A stretch of DNA of 64,000 bases from an uncultured Candidatus Saccharibacteria bacterium. GTDB taxonomy: Bacteria; Patescibacteriota; Minisyncoccia; Phycocordibacterales; CAIZLB01. Each line of letters begins with the position of its first letter. The first letter of the stretch is position 1. Made by a program: the position numbers and the translations under genes. Below the pieces are notes generated by a model. The model saw only the letters and a list, made by a program, of their open reading frames with translations. It did no database searches and had not been told where the DNA came from. The DNA is taken from positions 1,625 through 65,624 of the forward strand of contig CAYXQC010000002.1 in the NCBI GenBank assembly GCA_964467385.1, read 5' to 3'. Shown in pieces: positions 48,271-57,318 of this stretch.

Positions 48271-48507
48271 GTGTATCATATTTCTATGTCATTTTTATCA
48301 GATACAAAAGGCTTCGTCACCTTTGTTTACGCATTTTTTATGCTCATATACTGGACTGGAGCATTTGTGATTCTCTATCACCTCATTCGTTTCGGCGTAG
48401 GTAGTCAACCCAAGAAGATCGCAATGGTATTCTTGGCCGGATCGCTTATCTTATCAATCATCGCAAGCCTGTTTTTTGGACAAATTATCCTAAACACAGC
48501 AGCGTAA
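48271..48507 (+). CDS. small membrane protein
   Basis: 78 aa with two TM helices. Confidence 0.3.
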   Translation: MYHISMSFLSDTKGFVTFVYAFFMLIYWTGAFVILYHLIRFGVGSQPKKIAMVFLAGSLILSIIASLFFGQIILNTAA

Positions 48508-48520
48508 ACCCACAAAAACC

Positions 48521-49234
48521 ATGTTTGATTTTTTAAAGAAAACATCTTACACATTTGAAGGAAAGAAGGAGCGAGAGGACGTTATTCTTTTCCTTCATCA
48601 GCACTGGTTTGTTTTGGTAAACAAAGTCACGGTAGCCATGATCCTTGGGCTCCTTCCTTTTCTTTTGTTAGTCATATTCGGACAATTCATTCTTGCCCAC
48701 AACCTCATCCCGATGTTCACTTTCATATGGGCAGGTGAACTTATGGCCCTTTGGTTTTATCTTTTCTATACACTTACTATGTATACCCTTGATTACTGGA
48801 TTGTAACCAACGAGCGTGTAGTTGATAATACACAAAGAGGTTTTTTCAATAGACAAATCTCGGAACTAAGCATACATATGATTCAAGATGTTTCAGTAAA
48901 ACTGGTTGGATTTATGCCTACTTTTCTGAATTATGGTTCAGTTGAAATTCAAACAGCAGCGATTGACAAACATTTTCTTTTGGAGCGAGTACCAAATCCT
49001 CAGTCAGTCAAAGACAAAGTAATGGAGATTATCGAGAAGACAGAAGACGAACTTGGCCCACGAATGCACGGTATGACTCAGCGCCACCATTTTCATCCAG
49101 ACAAATATGTTATTAGCAGGATTAGCAGTGAAACAAAAGATGCTTTTTCTAAAGACGCAGATATAGGAACTAATCCGACAGCTACAAACAATCAAAACCC
49201 TGAAACGTTTCCTCCAGAAAATTTACCGGTTTAA
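48521..49234 (+). CDS. membrane protein with bacterial PH (bPH_2/YdbT-like) domain
   Basis: Two TM helices followed by DYWIVTNERVV. Confidence 0.5.
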   Translation: MFDFLKKTSYTFEGKKEREDVILFLHQHWFVLVNKVTVAMILGLLPFLLLVIFGQFILAHNLIPMFTFIWAGELMALWFYLFYTLTMYTLDYWIVTNERVVDNTQRGFFNRQISELSIHMIQDVSVKLVGFMPTFLNYGSVEIQTAAIDKHFLLERVPNPQSVKDKVMEIIEKTEDELGPRMHGMTQRHHFHPDKYVISRISSETKDAFSKDADIGTNPTATNNQNPETFPPENLPV

Positions 49235-49249
49235 AGTTTAAATTTACAA

Positions 49250-49292
49250 AAATAAAAACCCGACTGCGAATATGCATATCGGGTTTTTATTT
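49250..49292. terminator. bidirectional terminator between bPH gene and rpsT
   Basis: aaaaacccgactgcgaatatgcatatcgggttttt. Confidence 0.65.
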
Positions 49293-49316
49293 TACTTTTG
49301 TTTACTAAATGTCAGC

Positions 49317-49580
49317 TTACGCGTTTCTCTTGATAAGAGCGACGATCCGAGACTTCTTTCGATCTGCTGCACCCTTCTTGATTGTTCCAGCTTTCGCTGC
49401 TTTATCGAGCGCAGAGTACGCAAGTGAAACAGCCTTTGTAGCTTCTTTTACTTTCTTTTCAGAAACTAACTTCTTGATTTCTCTAAGAACAGCATCCACC
49501 TTCTTCTGTCGTCGAATGTTATACACTCGCTTTCGCTGTGAACCTCGTAGAGCTTTTTTTGCTGATTTGATAATTGGCAT
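49317..49580 (-). CDS. rpsT: 30S ribosomal protein S20
   Basis: MPIIKSAKKALRGSQRKRVYNIRRQK... Confidence 0.85.
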   Translation of the reverse strand: MPIIKSAKKALRGSQRKRVYNIRRQKKVDAVLREIKKLVSEKKVKEATKAVSLAYSALDKAAKAGTIKKGAADRKKSRIVALIKRNA

Positions 49581-49690
49581 ATGTATACAAGAATGTACCA
49601 AAGAATCGTGCTTTTAGCAAATTTTTGCAAAAAGGGGGATTTTGCCCGAAACTCTAAGATAATTTCGGTAGAATTTGATAGAATATCGGC

Positions 49691-50284
49691 ATGATTTCCT
49701 ACCTAAAAGGCACCGTTCTCCAGAAGGGTATAAAATACTCGACCATCATGACTACCGGGGGTGTAGGTTATAAAGTCTACACCACCCTTGAAACTCTTGG
49801 GCATGCCACCGAAGGCCAAGAAGTAGAACTTTGGATTCATACAGTAGTGCGAGAGGACACTCTCGACCTATATGGCTTTGAAAATAGGCGTTCTTTAGAG
49901 TTTTTTGAGCTTCTCATCACCATATCTGGCATTGGACCGAAATCAGCACTTGGAATCCTTAACGCCACTACAATAGACACCATCATTGAAGCTGTCCTGA
50001 CAGGCGAAACAGGTTATCTCACAAAGATCTCAGGTATTGGAAAAAAAGTAGCAGAAAAGATCGTACTCGAACTCAAAGGCAAAGTAAGCAAAGATTCAGC
50101 CGACGACTTTGGCGGCCTCGGCCGAAACAAAGGAACAGATGACGTTGAAGCCGTTGAAGCTCTCAAAGCACTTGGTTACACTCTCAAAGAATCAAAAGAA
50201 GCAATCGAAACAATCTCAAAAGAGACGAACGGCAAAGATGTAACAACTAAAATCAAGGCAGCGCTTAAGGTGCTCGCACGATAG
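49691..50284 (+). CDS. ruvA: Holliday junction DNA helicase RuvA
   Basis: MISYLKGTV.. N-terminus, then the HhH pair LLITISGIGPKSALGIL and ISGIGKKVAEKIVLEL. Confidence 0.9.
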   Translation: MISYLKGTVLQKGIKYSTIMTTGGVGYKVYTTLETLGHATEGQEVELWIHTVVREDTLDLYGFENRRSLEFFELLITISGIGPKSALGILNATTIDTIIEAVLTGETGYLTKISGIGKKVAEKIVLELKGKVSKDSADDFGGLGRNKGTDDVEAVEALKALGYTLKESKEAIETISKETNGKDVTTKIKAALKVLAR

Positions 50285-50365
50285 TCTAGGAATCGATCGC
50301 AGAGCTGAGTTCTGAAAATCGCGCAACTTGCATACCAAACAAGAAAGACTATACTCCTCTTTAAG

Positions 50366-51325
50366 ATGCCCGAACTTCCAGAGGTACAGACTACAGTGGA
50401 CGGAATAAACAAAGTCGCCAAAGGTCGAACTATTGTTGATGTGTGGACAAATTACAATAGCGCACACTATGCAAATAGAGACGAGATTAAAAACCCTTTA
50501 TTTTTTTCGAAATTCAAGAGAAAGATTATTGGGGCGAAAATTGTACAAGCCGAAAGACGAGCAAAAAATATTTTATTATTCACAGAAAAAAGCAAAAGTG
50601 CAAAAGGCCAATCCGTGATTCTCATTCACATGAAAATGACTGGTCACATCATGTACGGTTCATATATTTTTAATAAAAAGAATATGAAGGATCCGTGGAG
50701 TGCAAACGAAGATGGACCACTCAGAGACCCGTTCAACAGGCATATTCGTCTGGTTTTTACATTTGATAATGGGAAATATTTAGTACTTTCTGATATGCGA
50801 AAGTTCGCTAAAGTGACACTCATCGAAAGTCCACAGCATGTCCACGCAAGTCCTCACCTTGCCAATATCGGACCAGAACCTCTTGATAACTCTTTCACCT
50901 TCTTTTTATTCAAAGAAAGACTATTTTCACGGGTAAAATTAGGTAATAAAAGCAGCCCTAAAATTAAAGCTCTTTTGCTGGATCAGACTGTTTTGGCTGG
51001 TGTTGGAAATATTTATTCTGATGAAAGTCTCTGGCGAGCAGGAATACACCCTGAGCAACCAGTACACACTGTACCTTCAGAAAAACTCAAGAAATTATAT
51101 ACAAGCATTAAAGAAGTTCTAAAATCTGGAATTAATTTCGGTGGTGATTCAATGTCTGATTATAGAAATATTTACGGTGAACGTGGAGGATTTCAAGAAA
51201 AACATAATGCCTACAGAAAAACCGGAAAGCTTTGTAGCAAGAAAGGATGTGCAGGAAAAATTTCTCGTAAGGTTGTTGTAGGAAGAGGCTCACATTTCTG
51301 CAACGTACATCAAAAACTCATTTGA
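50366..51325 (+). CDS. mutM: formamidopyrimidine-DNA glycosylase (Fpg/Nei family)
   Basis: N-terminal MPELPEVQT and a C-terminal zinc finger. Confidence 0.85.
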   Translation: MPELPEVQTTVDGINKVAKGRTIVDVWTNYNSAHYANRDEIKNPLFFSKFKRKIIGAKIVQAERRAKNILLFTEKSKSAKGQSVILIHMKMTGHIMYGSYIFNKKNMKDPWSANEDGPLRDPFNRHIRLVFTFDNGKYLVLSDMRKFAKVTLIESPQHVHASPHLANIGPEPLDNSFTFFLFKERLFSRVKLGNKSSPKIKALLLDQTVLAGVGNIYSDESLWRAGIHPEQPVHTVPSEKLKKLYTSIKEVLKSGINFGGDSMSDYRNIYGERGGFQEKHNAYRKTGKLCSKKGCAGKISRKVVVGRGSHFCNVHQKLI

Positions 51326-51365
51326 CTTTTAATACCAAAAAAATCTTAGGTGAATATCTATCAAA

Positions 51366-52004
51366 TTACAAGAGTTCGTACAGCACAATTCCTGTTGCAA
51401 CCGAGACATTGAGTGACTCTTTCTCCCCTCTCATAGAAATATCAATATGATAATTAGCAACATTCAGAAGTTTTTCTGGTACACCCTCGACTTCATTTCC
51501 CGCTATCAAACAAATTTTTATATTTCGCGAACCTCTCATATCGCCTTTCCCATTTTTTTGCAATAAATCCATCTTGATTATTTTTAGAATTTTTTTATAA
51601 GAAATTGATTTTTTAGTTTGTTCTAATGCAATAATTACATATCCATCTTTTTTCAATTTTTTTATCTCCTTAGTTGCGTCCACTTCGTACATCCATGGGA
51701 CACTTTTCTCAGCACCGAGGGCAGTCTTCGCAATTTCCGGCTGAAGTCTTTGAAACTTGTCTACAGGACATGGACTGTGACCAGCAAGAATAATACGCGA
51801 AACACCAGCTCCATCAGCAGTCCGAAAAATCGCGCCCACATTATGAGAACTTCGAATATCTGGAAGTACGAGCACAACTTCATTTTTTACTCTCCGCTTT
51901 TTTACCTTCACTTGTGTGTTTATTTTTGAGTCCATTTTGTTTGACTGTACCTTCATTTTGCTGTTTATATCACAAAGACAAATTTCAAGATACTGTGGTA
52001 CCAT
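51366..52004 (-). CDS. SpoU/TrmH-family RNA 2'-O-methyltransferase
   Basis: LIAGNEVEGVPE...SLNVSVATGIVLYEL. Confidence 0.8.
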   Translation of the reverse strand: MVPQYLEICLCDINSKMKVQSNKMDSKINTQVKVKKRRVKNEVVLVLPDIRSSHNVGAIFRTADGAGVSRIILAGHSPCPVDKFQRLQPEIAKTALGAEKSVPWMYEVDATKEIKKLKKDGYVIIALEQTKKSISYKKILKIIKMDLLQKNGKGDMRGSRNIKICLIAGNEVEGVPEKLLNVANYHIDISMRGEKESLNVSVATGIVLYELL

Positions 52005-52013
52005 GTTCTTTAT

Positions 52014-52418
52014 ATGATAAATCCATTTCCTGAACTTCTAACATTTAGCCTTCTTGGCCCAACTATTTTGCGAATAACACTTGCTATCTATGTCATCAAG
52101 ATGGGTTCAAAAAAAATTAAAAACACCGATCACAGACTTGCCTCTTTTTTTGAATCACTAAGTTTCAAACCAAGCCATTTATATATTAAAGTTCTTGCTA
52201 TTGTTGAAATTCTTATGGGTATCGCACTCCTTGTAGGACTACTTACTCAGATCGCAGCACTTGTGATTGCTATTATTACTTTCATTTCCATCATCGTCAC
52301 TGTTCGACACCCTGAAGTGGGTCTTCAAAAATCTTCCGATTATACCCTCCTCTTTATTATCGCCATTTCACTTGTTTTGACAGGAGCAGGACTTGTAGCA
52401 ATCGATCTACCCCTCTGA
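52014..52418 (+). CDS. DoxX-like small membrane protein
   Basis: 134 aa with four TM helices. Confidence 0.45.
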   Translation: MINPFPELLTFSLLGPTILRITLAIYVIKMGSKKIKNTDHRLASFFESLSFKPSHLYIKVLAIVEILMGIALLVGLLTQIAALVIAIITFISIIVTVRHPEVGLQKSSDYTLLFIIAISLVLTGAGLVAIDLPL

Positions 52419-52495
52419 TTCATCTGGTATTTACTGGTTAATTTAAATATCAATGAGTTGCTGTTTTGTATTTTTCTGATATATTTCTACGGTAT

Positions 52496-52568
52496 GCGCC
52501 CGTAGCTCAGTTGGTAGAGCAGCTCCCTTTTAAGGAGACGGTCGTAGGTTCGATTCCTACCGGGCGCA
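52496..52568 (+). tRNA. tRNA-Lys (anticodon TTT)
   Basis: GCGCCCG-TA-GCTC-AGTTGGTA-GAGC, anticodon loop CTTTTAA, T-arm GTAGG-TTCGATT-CCTAC, then CGGGCGC-A. Confidence 0.9.
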
Positions 52569-52574
52569 CTAGAT

Positions 52575-52606
52575 AAAAAAAGACTGCACTGCTGCAGTCT
52601 TTTTTT
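52575..52606 (+). terminator. terminator after tRNA-Lys (same hairpin element as after tRNA-Leu)
   Basis: aaaaaaagactgcactgctgcagtcttttttt. Confidence 0.7.
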
Positions 52607-52841
52607 GTACATGGGCGAGACGGAGCTATGTCGAGTCAGTAGACGAGACAAGTGAGTCGGGGTCGCGGAAATTCCTGAGCGACGGCGAAGGAATTATCTG
52701 TGACCACAAACACTACAACCCACCTATTAAATTGTTACCCTGGACATAAAAGGAATCAATCATTCTCCTTTAAAAACTCCCGCCGATGAATTTCTTCAAA
52801 GACGGGAGATGAAGTCACCAACATGGCAGAGGGCCAATAGA

Positions 52842-53339
52842 TTAATTCAACCAAGCTGGAGTTGAGGGACGCTCAGCAGACTTGTTGACAACGTATCCAC
52901 CTGGCGAACATATCCCAGCTAACCATGCATAGAGGGCATAAATAAACTGGATGTTTCTGGTGTGGCCATTTTGAATTAAATCAATGGTTTTACCAACGAA
53001 TGGATTTCCAGTTTCCTCAGGTGAAAAACGTAAGGAGATTAGATCTGCCCTCACAGCAATATCGAAACAAACCTTATCATCTGGTCTCCCCAGATCAATC
53101 CATACAGGAACATCGTCAACAGGGAGAAAAGTGGACGAGACACTTTGCAAATACAATCTGAAATGTTCTGTCGACTTGGGAATGAAATAGATCACCGAGC
53201 AACGCTCCAGGACCTTGGTACACTGAACTACATCACTCCACGAAGCTGTCATGAAATCAGATTTCTCAAACTGGGATTTGTAAAAACCAGCAAACTGATT
53301 TCCAAGAGGGGTATCCACCCCGATAATTCCAACTTTCAT
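52842..53339 (-). CDS. hypothetical protein (GC-rich, possibly truncated Rossmann-like)
   Basis: N-terminal MKVGIIGVDTPLG; about 45% GC; lies next to the scar fragment downstream of tRNA-Lys. Confidence 0.35.
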   Translation of the reverse strand: MKVGIIGVDTPLGNQFAGFYKSQFEKSDFMTASWSDVVQCTKVLERCSVIYFIPKSTEHFRLYLQSVSSTFLPVDDVPVWIDLGRPDDKVCFDIAVRADLISLRFSPEETGNPFVGKTIDLIQNGHTRNIQFIYALYAWLAGICSPGGYVVNKSAERPSTPAWLN

Positions 53340-53409
53340 TGAACAAATTCCCTTCTACGTTAAAGGTTAACTAACGTGCGTAGAGTATCACACCGTTTAG
53401 TTTTGTAAA

Positions 53410-54159
53410 TTATCCTAAACAAACCTTCTCCAATTCACACATAAAATCAATCTCACCTCGGTGCGCCTTGTGATACATACCTACCAACTCATCTATAAAA
53501 TTTTCTACCTCTTTCTTTTCCCAATTCTTTTTAAATCCAGAACATTTTGAAAAAACATAAGGATTAAGATCAGCTTCTTTGGCACTCTTGAATTCAAATG
53601 TTAAATAGAGGGATTTAAACTGCCACCACAAAACTCCATGAATCTCCTCTGCCGCAACCTCATCGTGTGCCAACTCCTGAAAAACTGTCCAAGCTTTTAC
53701 CTTATTCTTACTCACCAAGGCATCAGCAAGTGTAAAAGTTTTTGGCGTTTCTCTTTTAGTACTCGAGCTTGCACTGGCACCACTTCCCTCACTAGCAGCA
53801 TCACGCACATTATGCTCCTCAATTTTTTCAGCATGTTTTTCAAGTTTCTTCAGTTTTTCTTTAGAAATTTTTGACTCTATCATCACGCACACATGTTCTG
53901 ATGCGCCCATATCTTTCAATCGATCCTCGATATAATCTTCTGCTTCAGGATGAGCAAACAAAGAATCAAGGACAATAATATTTTTTGGTGCGAACAAGTT
54001 CATTCCTGAAAGAGTTTCATCGAGAAATCCAGAATTCCAGTTAGATTCGTTGAGACGGGTCAAAATAGCATCCGGCCGTTTTGACTGCAAAACCGTAAGC
54101 ATGTTCTGCATCTTTTTTCGAGCTTTTGCCGTATCAGTTCCGTAGATTACATACAACAT
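53410..54159 (-). CDS. DNA polymerase III delta subunit-like (HolA-like)
   Basis: N-terminal YVIYGTD...LF..KNIIVLD pattern, directly upstream of polA. Confidence 0.45.
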   Translation of the reverse strand: MLYVIYGTDTAKARKKMQNMLTVLQSKRPDAILTRLNESNWNSGFLDETLSGMNLFAPKNIIVLDSLFAHPEAEDYIEDRLKDMGASEHVCVMIESKISKEKLKKLEKHAEKIEEHNVRDAASEGSGASASSSTKRETPKTFTLADALVSKNKVKAWTVFQELAHDEVAAEEIHGVLWWQFKSLYLTFEFKSAKEADLNPYVFSKCSGFKKNWEKKEVENFIDELVGMYHKAHRGEIDFMCELEKVCLG

Positions 54160-54173
54160 AGGTCTATCATAGC

Positions 54174-56759
54174 TTATACCTCCATTGCTTCAAGGGCATT
54201 CCAGTTTTTACCAACATTACAAGAAGTTACAATTGGCACCCCTAGAGATTGCTCAGTTGTAAGAACACTTTCCATAGTCTGTTTGATCATTTTTGCAGCT
54301 TTTTTCACTTCAGGAGTGCGGATCTCGAACACCAATTCATCATGCACTTGCATCAAAAGTCGCACCGAGTCGAGTTGCCCCAAAGCTTTAAGCTTGGCAT
54401 GGATAATATTCATACTGAGTTTCACCATGTCCGCTGTGGCAGTTCCTTGGATCGGTGCATTGATGGCCATTCGTTCAGCCGCCGCTCGAATAAAAGGCAG
54501 CTTCGAGTTAATTCCCTCAAAATACCTTCGTCTACCAAAAAGTGTTTCTGTATAGCCGTTTTTTGATGCTTCAAACTTTACACGGTTTAAATATTCAGCA
54601 ATTTTTGGGAAATTTTTGAAATATTGCTCATAAAAAGCCCGCGCTTCAGATTGTGTACTGCCAAGATTTGCTTTCAAAGCATTCACTCCCATTCCATATA
54701 AAATGCCGAAGTTGATCACCTTAGCCTGTCGACGCATTTCTTTGGTAACATCTTTTTCTGCTACACCAAAAACTTCTGCCGCCACACCAGTATGAACATC
54801 AACACCGGTTTTAAAAATCTCCATAAGTTTTTCATCACCTGAAAGAATAGCAGCAATACGGAGTTCAACCTGTGAGTAATCGAAAGACGCGAGCGTGTAC
54901 CCATCTTCGCATACAAATGCTTCACGAATCGCTCTACCCTGTTCTGTTTTGATTGGAATGTTTTGGATACTCGGATTCACAGTCGCCATTCGCCCAGTTG
55001 CAGCACCTATTTGTAAAAAATGTGGATGAATTCTACTCTTACTATCAACAAGTGTTGGTAATGGATCAATATACGTACCAAGAAGCTTTGCGAGTTCACG
55101 ATGCTCGAGAACCAAACCAATGATTGGATGTGTATCTCGCATTTTTTCAAGCTCAGATTCTTTTGTTGATCGCGCACCAGATGCTGTTTTTTTAATATTT
55201 TTTCCACCAAGAGCAAGCTTTGTAAACAAGATTTCGCCCAATTGCTTCGGTGAGGCGACGTTAAATTCTTCGCCCGCAAGTTCCCAAATCTTTTTCTCAA
55301 GAGTAGAAATTTTTTTATGATACTCGCGACTAAGATTTTTTAGGAAATCTACATTTATTTTCACACCGTTTTTCTCCATAGTTTCAACAACTTCTATCAG
55401 AGGTAATTCAATTTGCTCTAAAACAACTTGCATACCCTTATCTTTAGCCATATTTTTGAGTATTTCAAAAGCCTCTACTGCATTTTCTGTCTTCGCAAGA
55501 TCATATACATCCTCTGTTGTTGGATCAGAGATATTTGAATTCAAAACAGAAACAGCCACTTTCATCTTTTTTAAAAGTTCAGGATCAACATCTTTGTAAT
55601 ATTCAATCACTTGTACAGCTTCGCTATTGTCGTTTGAATTTTTATCTGTTGATGTTGAACTTTTTGCAAGATTCTTATTCTCTTTTTTGTCTGAATTTTT
55701 ATCACTTGTATTACCAGTATCACCCGAACCAGACCCTCCGCTTAGGCTTTGACCTTGGGTTTTCATTACCGTACCCGTCACAAGCTGGCGTACTCGAGGA
55801 ACAAGTGACCGGAATTCATATTCTTTAAAAAGAGCCTCCACTCTATCAAGCTCAATATTTTTCTTCCATTCTAGAGGTAACGTGAATTTAATTGGCGCAT
55901 CGCGTCGAATTGTAGCGAGCATTTTACTAAAGAGCGCTTCTTCTTTTCCTTTCTCAAGAAGTTCAATCATTCGATCCGAGATGCCAGCTTTTTTCAAAAG
56001 ATTAGAATCTTTTTCGAGTGCTTCGTAAATTCCTTCAATAGTTCCAAAATGTGTAATCAAAGTTGTAGCTGTTTTTTCACCAATACCGGCAATACCAATG
56101 ATGTTGTCGGAAGGATCCCCTCGTAGACCTTTGAAATCAATAAGTTGCGCTGGAGAAAAACCATATCTTTCTTTTACAGAATCCTCATCATACATAATCG
56201 TATCTTTGATTCCTTTTTTCAAAGTAAACACCCGCACGCGAGTTCCGGTTACAAGCTGAAGCGTATCCATATCCCCCGAAGCGACGATAACCTGCAAATC
56301 TTTGTATGAAGAATCCTTCAAAATAGTCTCAACAATTGTACCGAGCATATCATCAGCTTCAAAACCAGGATGGTCATACATTGGGATACCAAAACTTTCA
56401 AAAATTCGTCGAGACGACTTAAGTTGCTCAACCAGAGCATCGTCGGTCTTTTTTCGTCCTGCTTTGTAGCCATCATATGCCTGGTGTCTATATGTAGGCT
56501 GAGGTAAATCGTAACAAGCGACTACATAGTCTGGCTTACACTTTTCCAAAATACCCATAAGCATGGTCGAGAGACCATAGAGAGCACCTGTCGGCACACC
56601 AGCTGAGGACATGAAATCAGGCAAAGCGTGGTAGGCCCGATGAATAATCGCATGTGAATCAAGCAAAACAAGGGTTTTTTGCTCATACGCTTCGGTTTTT
56701 GCGACTTTTGTAGCTGCTGAAAGAACAGCCTTTGTAGAAGCTTTTTTAGGTTCGGCCAT
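54174..56759 (-). CDS. polA: DNA polymerase I (5'-nuclease + polymerase; low-complexity linker insertion)
   Basis: 5'-3' exonuclease domain (LVLLDSHAIIHRAYHA) and family-A polymerase motifs (RRQAKVINFGILYGM, QVHDELVFE). Confidence 0.9.
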   Translation of the reverse strand: MAEPKKASTKAVLSAATKVAKTEAYEQKTLVLLDSHAIIHRAYHALPDFMSSAGVPTGALYGLSTMLMGILEKCKPDYVVACYDLPQPTYRHQAYDGYKAGRKKTDDALVEQLKSSRRIFESFGIPMYDHPGFEADDMLGTIVETILKDSSYKDLQVIVASGDMDTLQLVTGTRVRVFTLKKGIKDTIMYDEDSVKERYGFSPAQLIDFKGLRGDPSDNIIGIAGIGEKTATTLITHFGTIEGIYEALEKDSNLLKKAGISDRMIELLEKGKEEALFSKMLATIRRDAPIKFTLPLEWKKNIELDRVEALFKEYEFRSLVPRVRQLVTGTVMKTQGQSLSGGSGSGDTGNTSDKNSDKKENKNLAKSSTSTDKNSNDNSEAVQVIEYYKDVDPELLKKMKVAVSVLNSNISDPTTEDVYDLAKTENAVEAFEILKNMAKDKGMQVVLEQIELPLIEVVETMEKNGVKINVDFLKNLSREYHKKISTLEKKIWELAGEEFNVASPKQLGEILFTKLALGGKNIKKTASGARSTKESELEKMRDTHPIIGLVLEHRELAKLLGTYIDPLPTLVDSKSRIHPHFLQIGAATGRMATVNPSIQNIPIKTEQGRAIREAFVCEDGYTLASFDYSQVELRIAAILSGDEKLMEIFKTGVDVHTGVAAEVFGVAEKDVTKEMRRQAKVINFGILYGMGVNALKANLGSTQSEARAFYEQYFKNFPKIAEYLNRVKFEASKNGYTETLFGRRRYFEGINSKLPFIRAAAERMAINAPIQGTATADMVKLSMNIIHAKLKALGQLDSVRLLMQVHDELVFEIRTPEVKKAAKMIKQTMESVLTTEQSLGVPIVTSCNVGKNWNALEAMEV

Positions 56760-56789
56760 TGCGACATATATAGTACACCGAAAGTCGAG

Positions 56790-57257
56790 CTAGGACGATA
56801 CTTGGTAACTTATTTTCCGTGTGTTTTGATCAATAGTTTCAAATTCGAGGAAAATAGTGCTCGCGGGTAGTAAATTAGCGATCTTTGATGGCCATTCTAT
56901 AAAAAGCAAATTTCCAGAATCCACCAAAAGCTCAATAAATTTTAAAACCTCCATTTCTTTTTCCTCTTCTATTCTGTACGCATCAATATGTATAAATCGA
57001 GGAAAATCAGAATCTGCAGTTATATATGTTTTTTGAATTGCAAAAGTTGGGCTATTTACCACTTCTTCAATACCCAGTTCTCGAGCAATCGCTTGTGAAA
57101 ACGTAGTCTTCCCTGCTCCAAGATCTCCACTGAGACCAACAACCACAGCTCGATCGGTATTATTTTTTTTAAAGGTATGCAAAAAAACCAAAAACTCTTT
57201 GGCGAAATCTACTAAATCTTCTTTCTTTATGTTTTTTTGAATTTTTATTGAATCCAC
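56790..57257 (-). CDS. tsaE: tRNA t6A biosynthesis ATPase TsaE
   Basis: VVGLSGDLGAGKTTFSQAIA...VNSPTFAIQKTY. Confidence 0.8.
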   Translation of the reverse strand: MDSIKIQKNIKKEDLVDFAKEFLVFLHTFKKNNTDRAVVVGLSGDLGAGKTTFSQAIARELGIEEVVNSPTFAIQKTYITADSDFPRFIHIDAYRIEEEKEMEVLKFIELLVDSGNLLFIEWPSKIANLLPASTIFLEFETIDQNTRKISYQVSS

Positions 57258-57318
57258 AATAAAACCACTATATACAGAGTATCAGTTTAGTGCAATAATT
57301 ATCTATACAAACACATCT

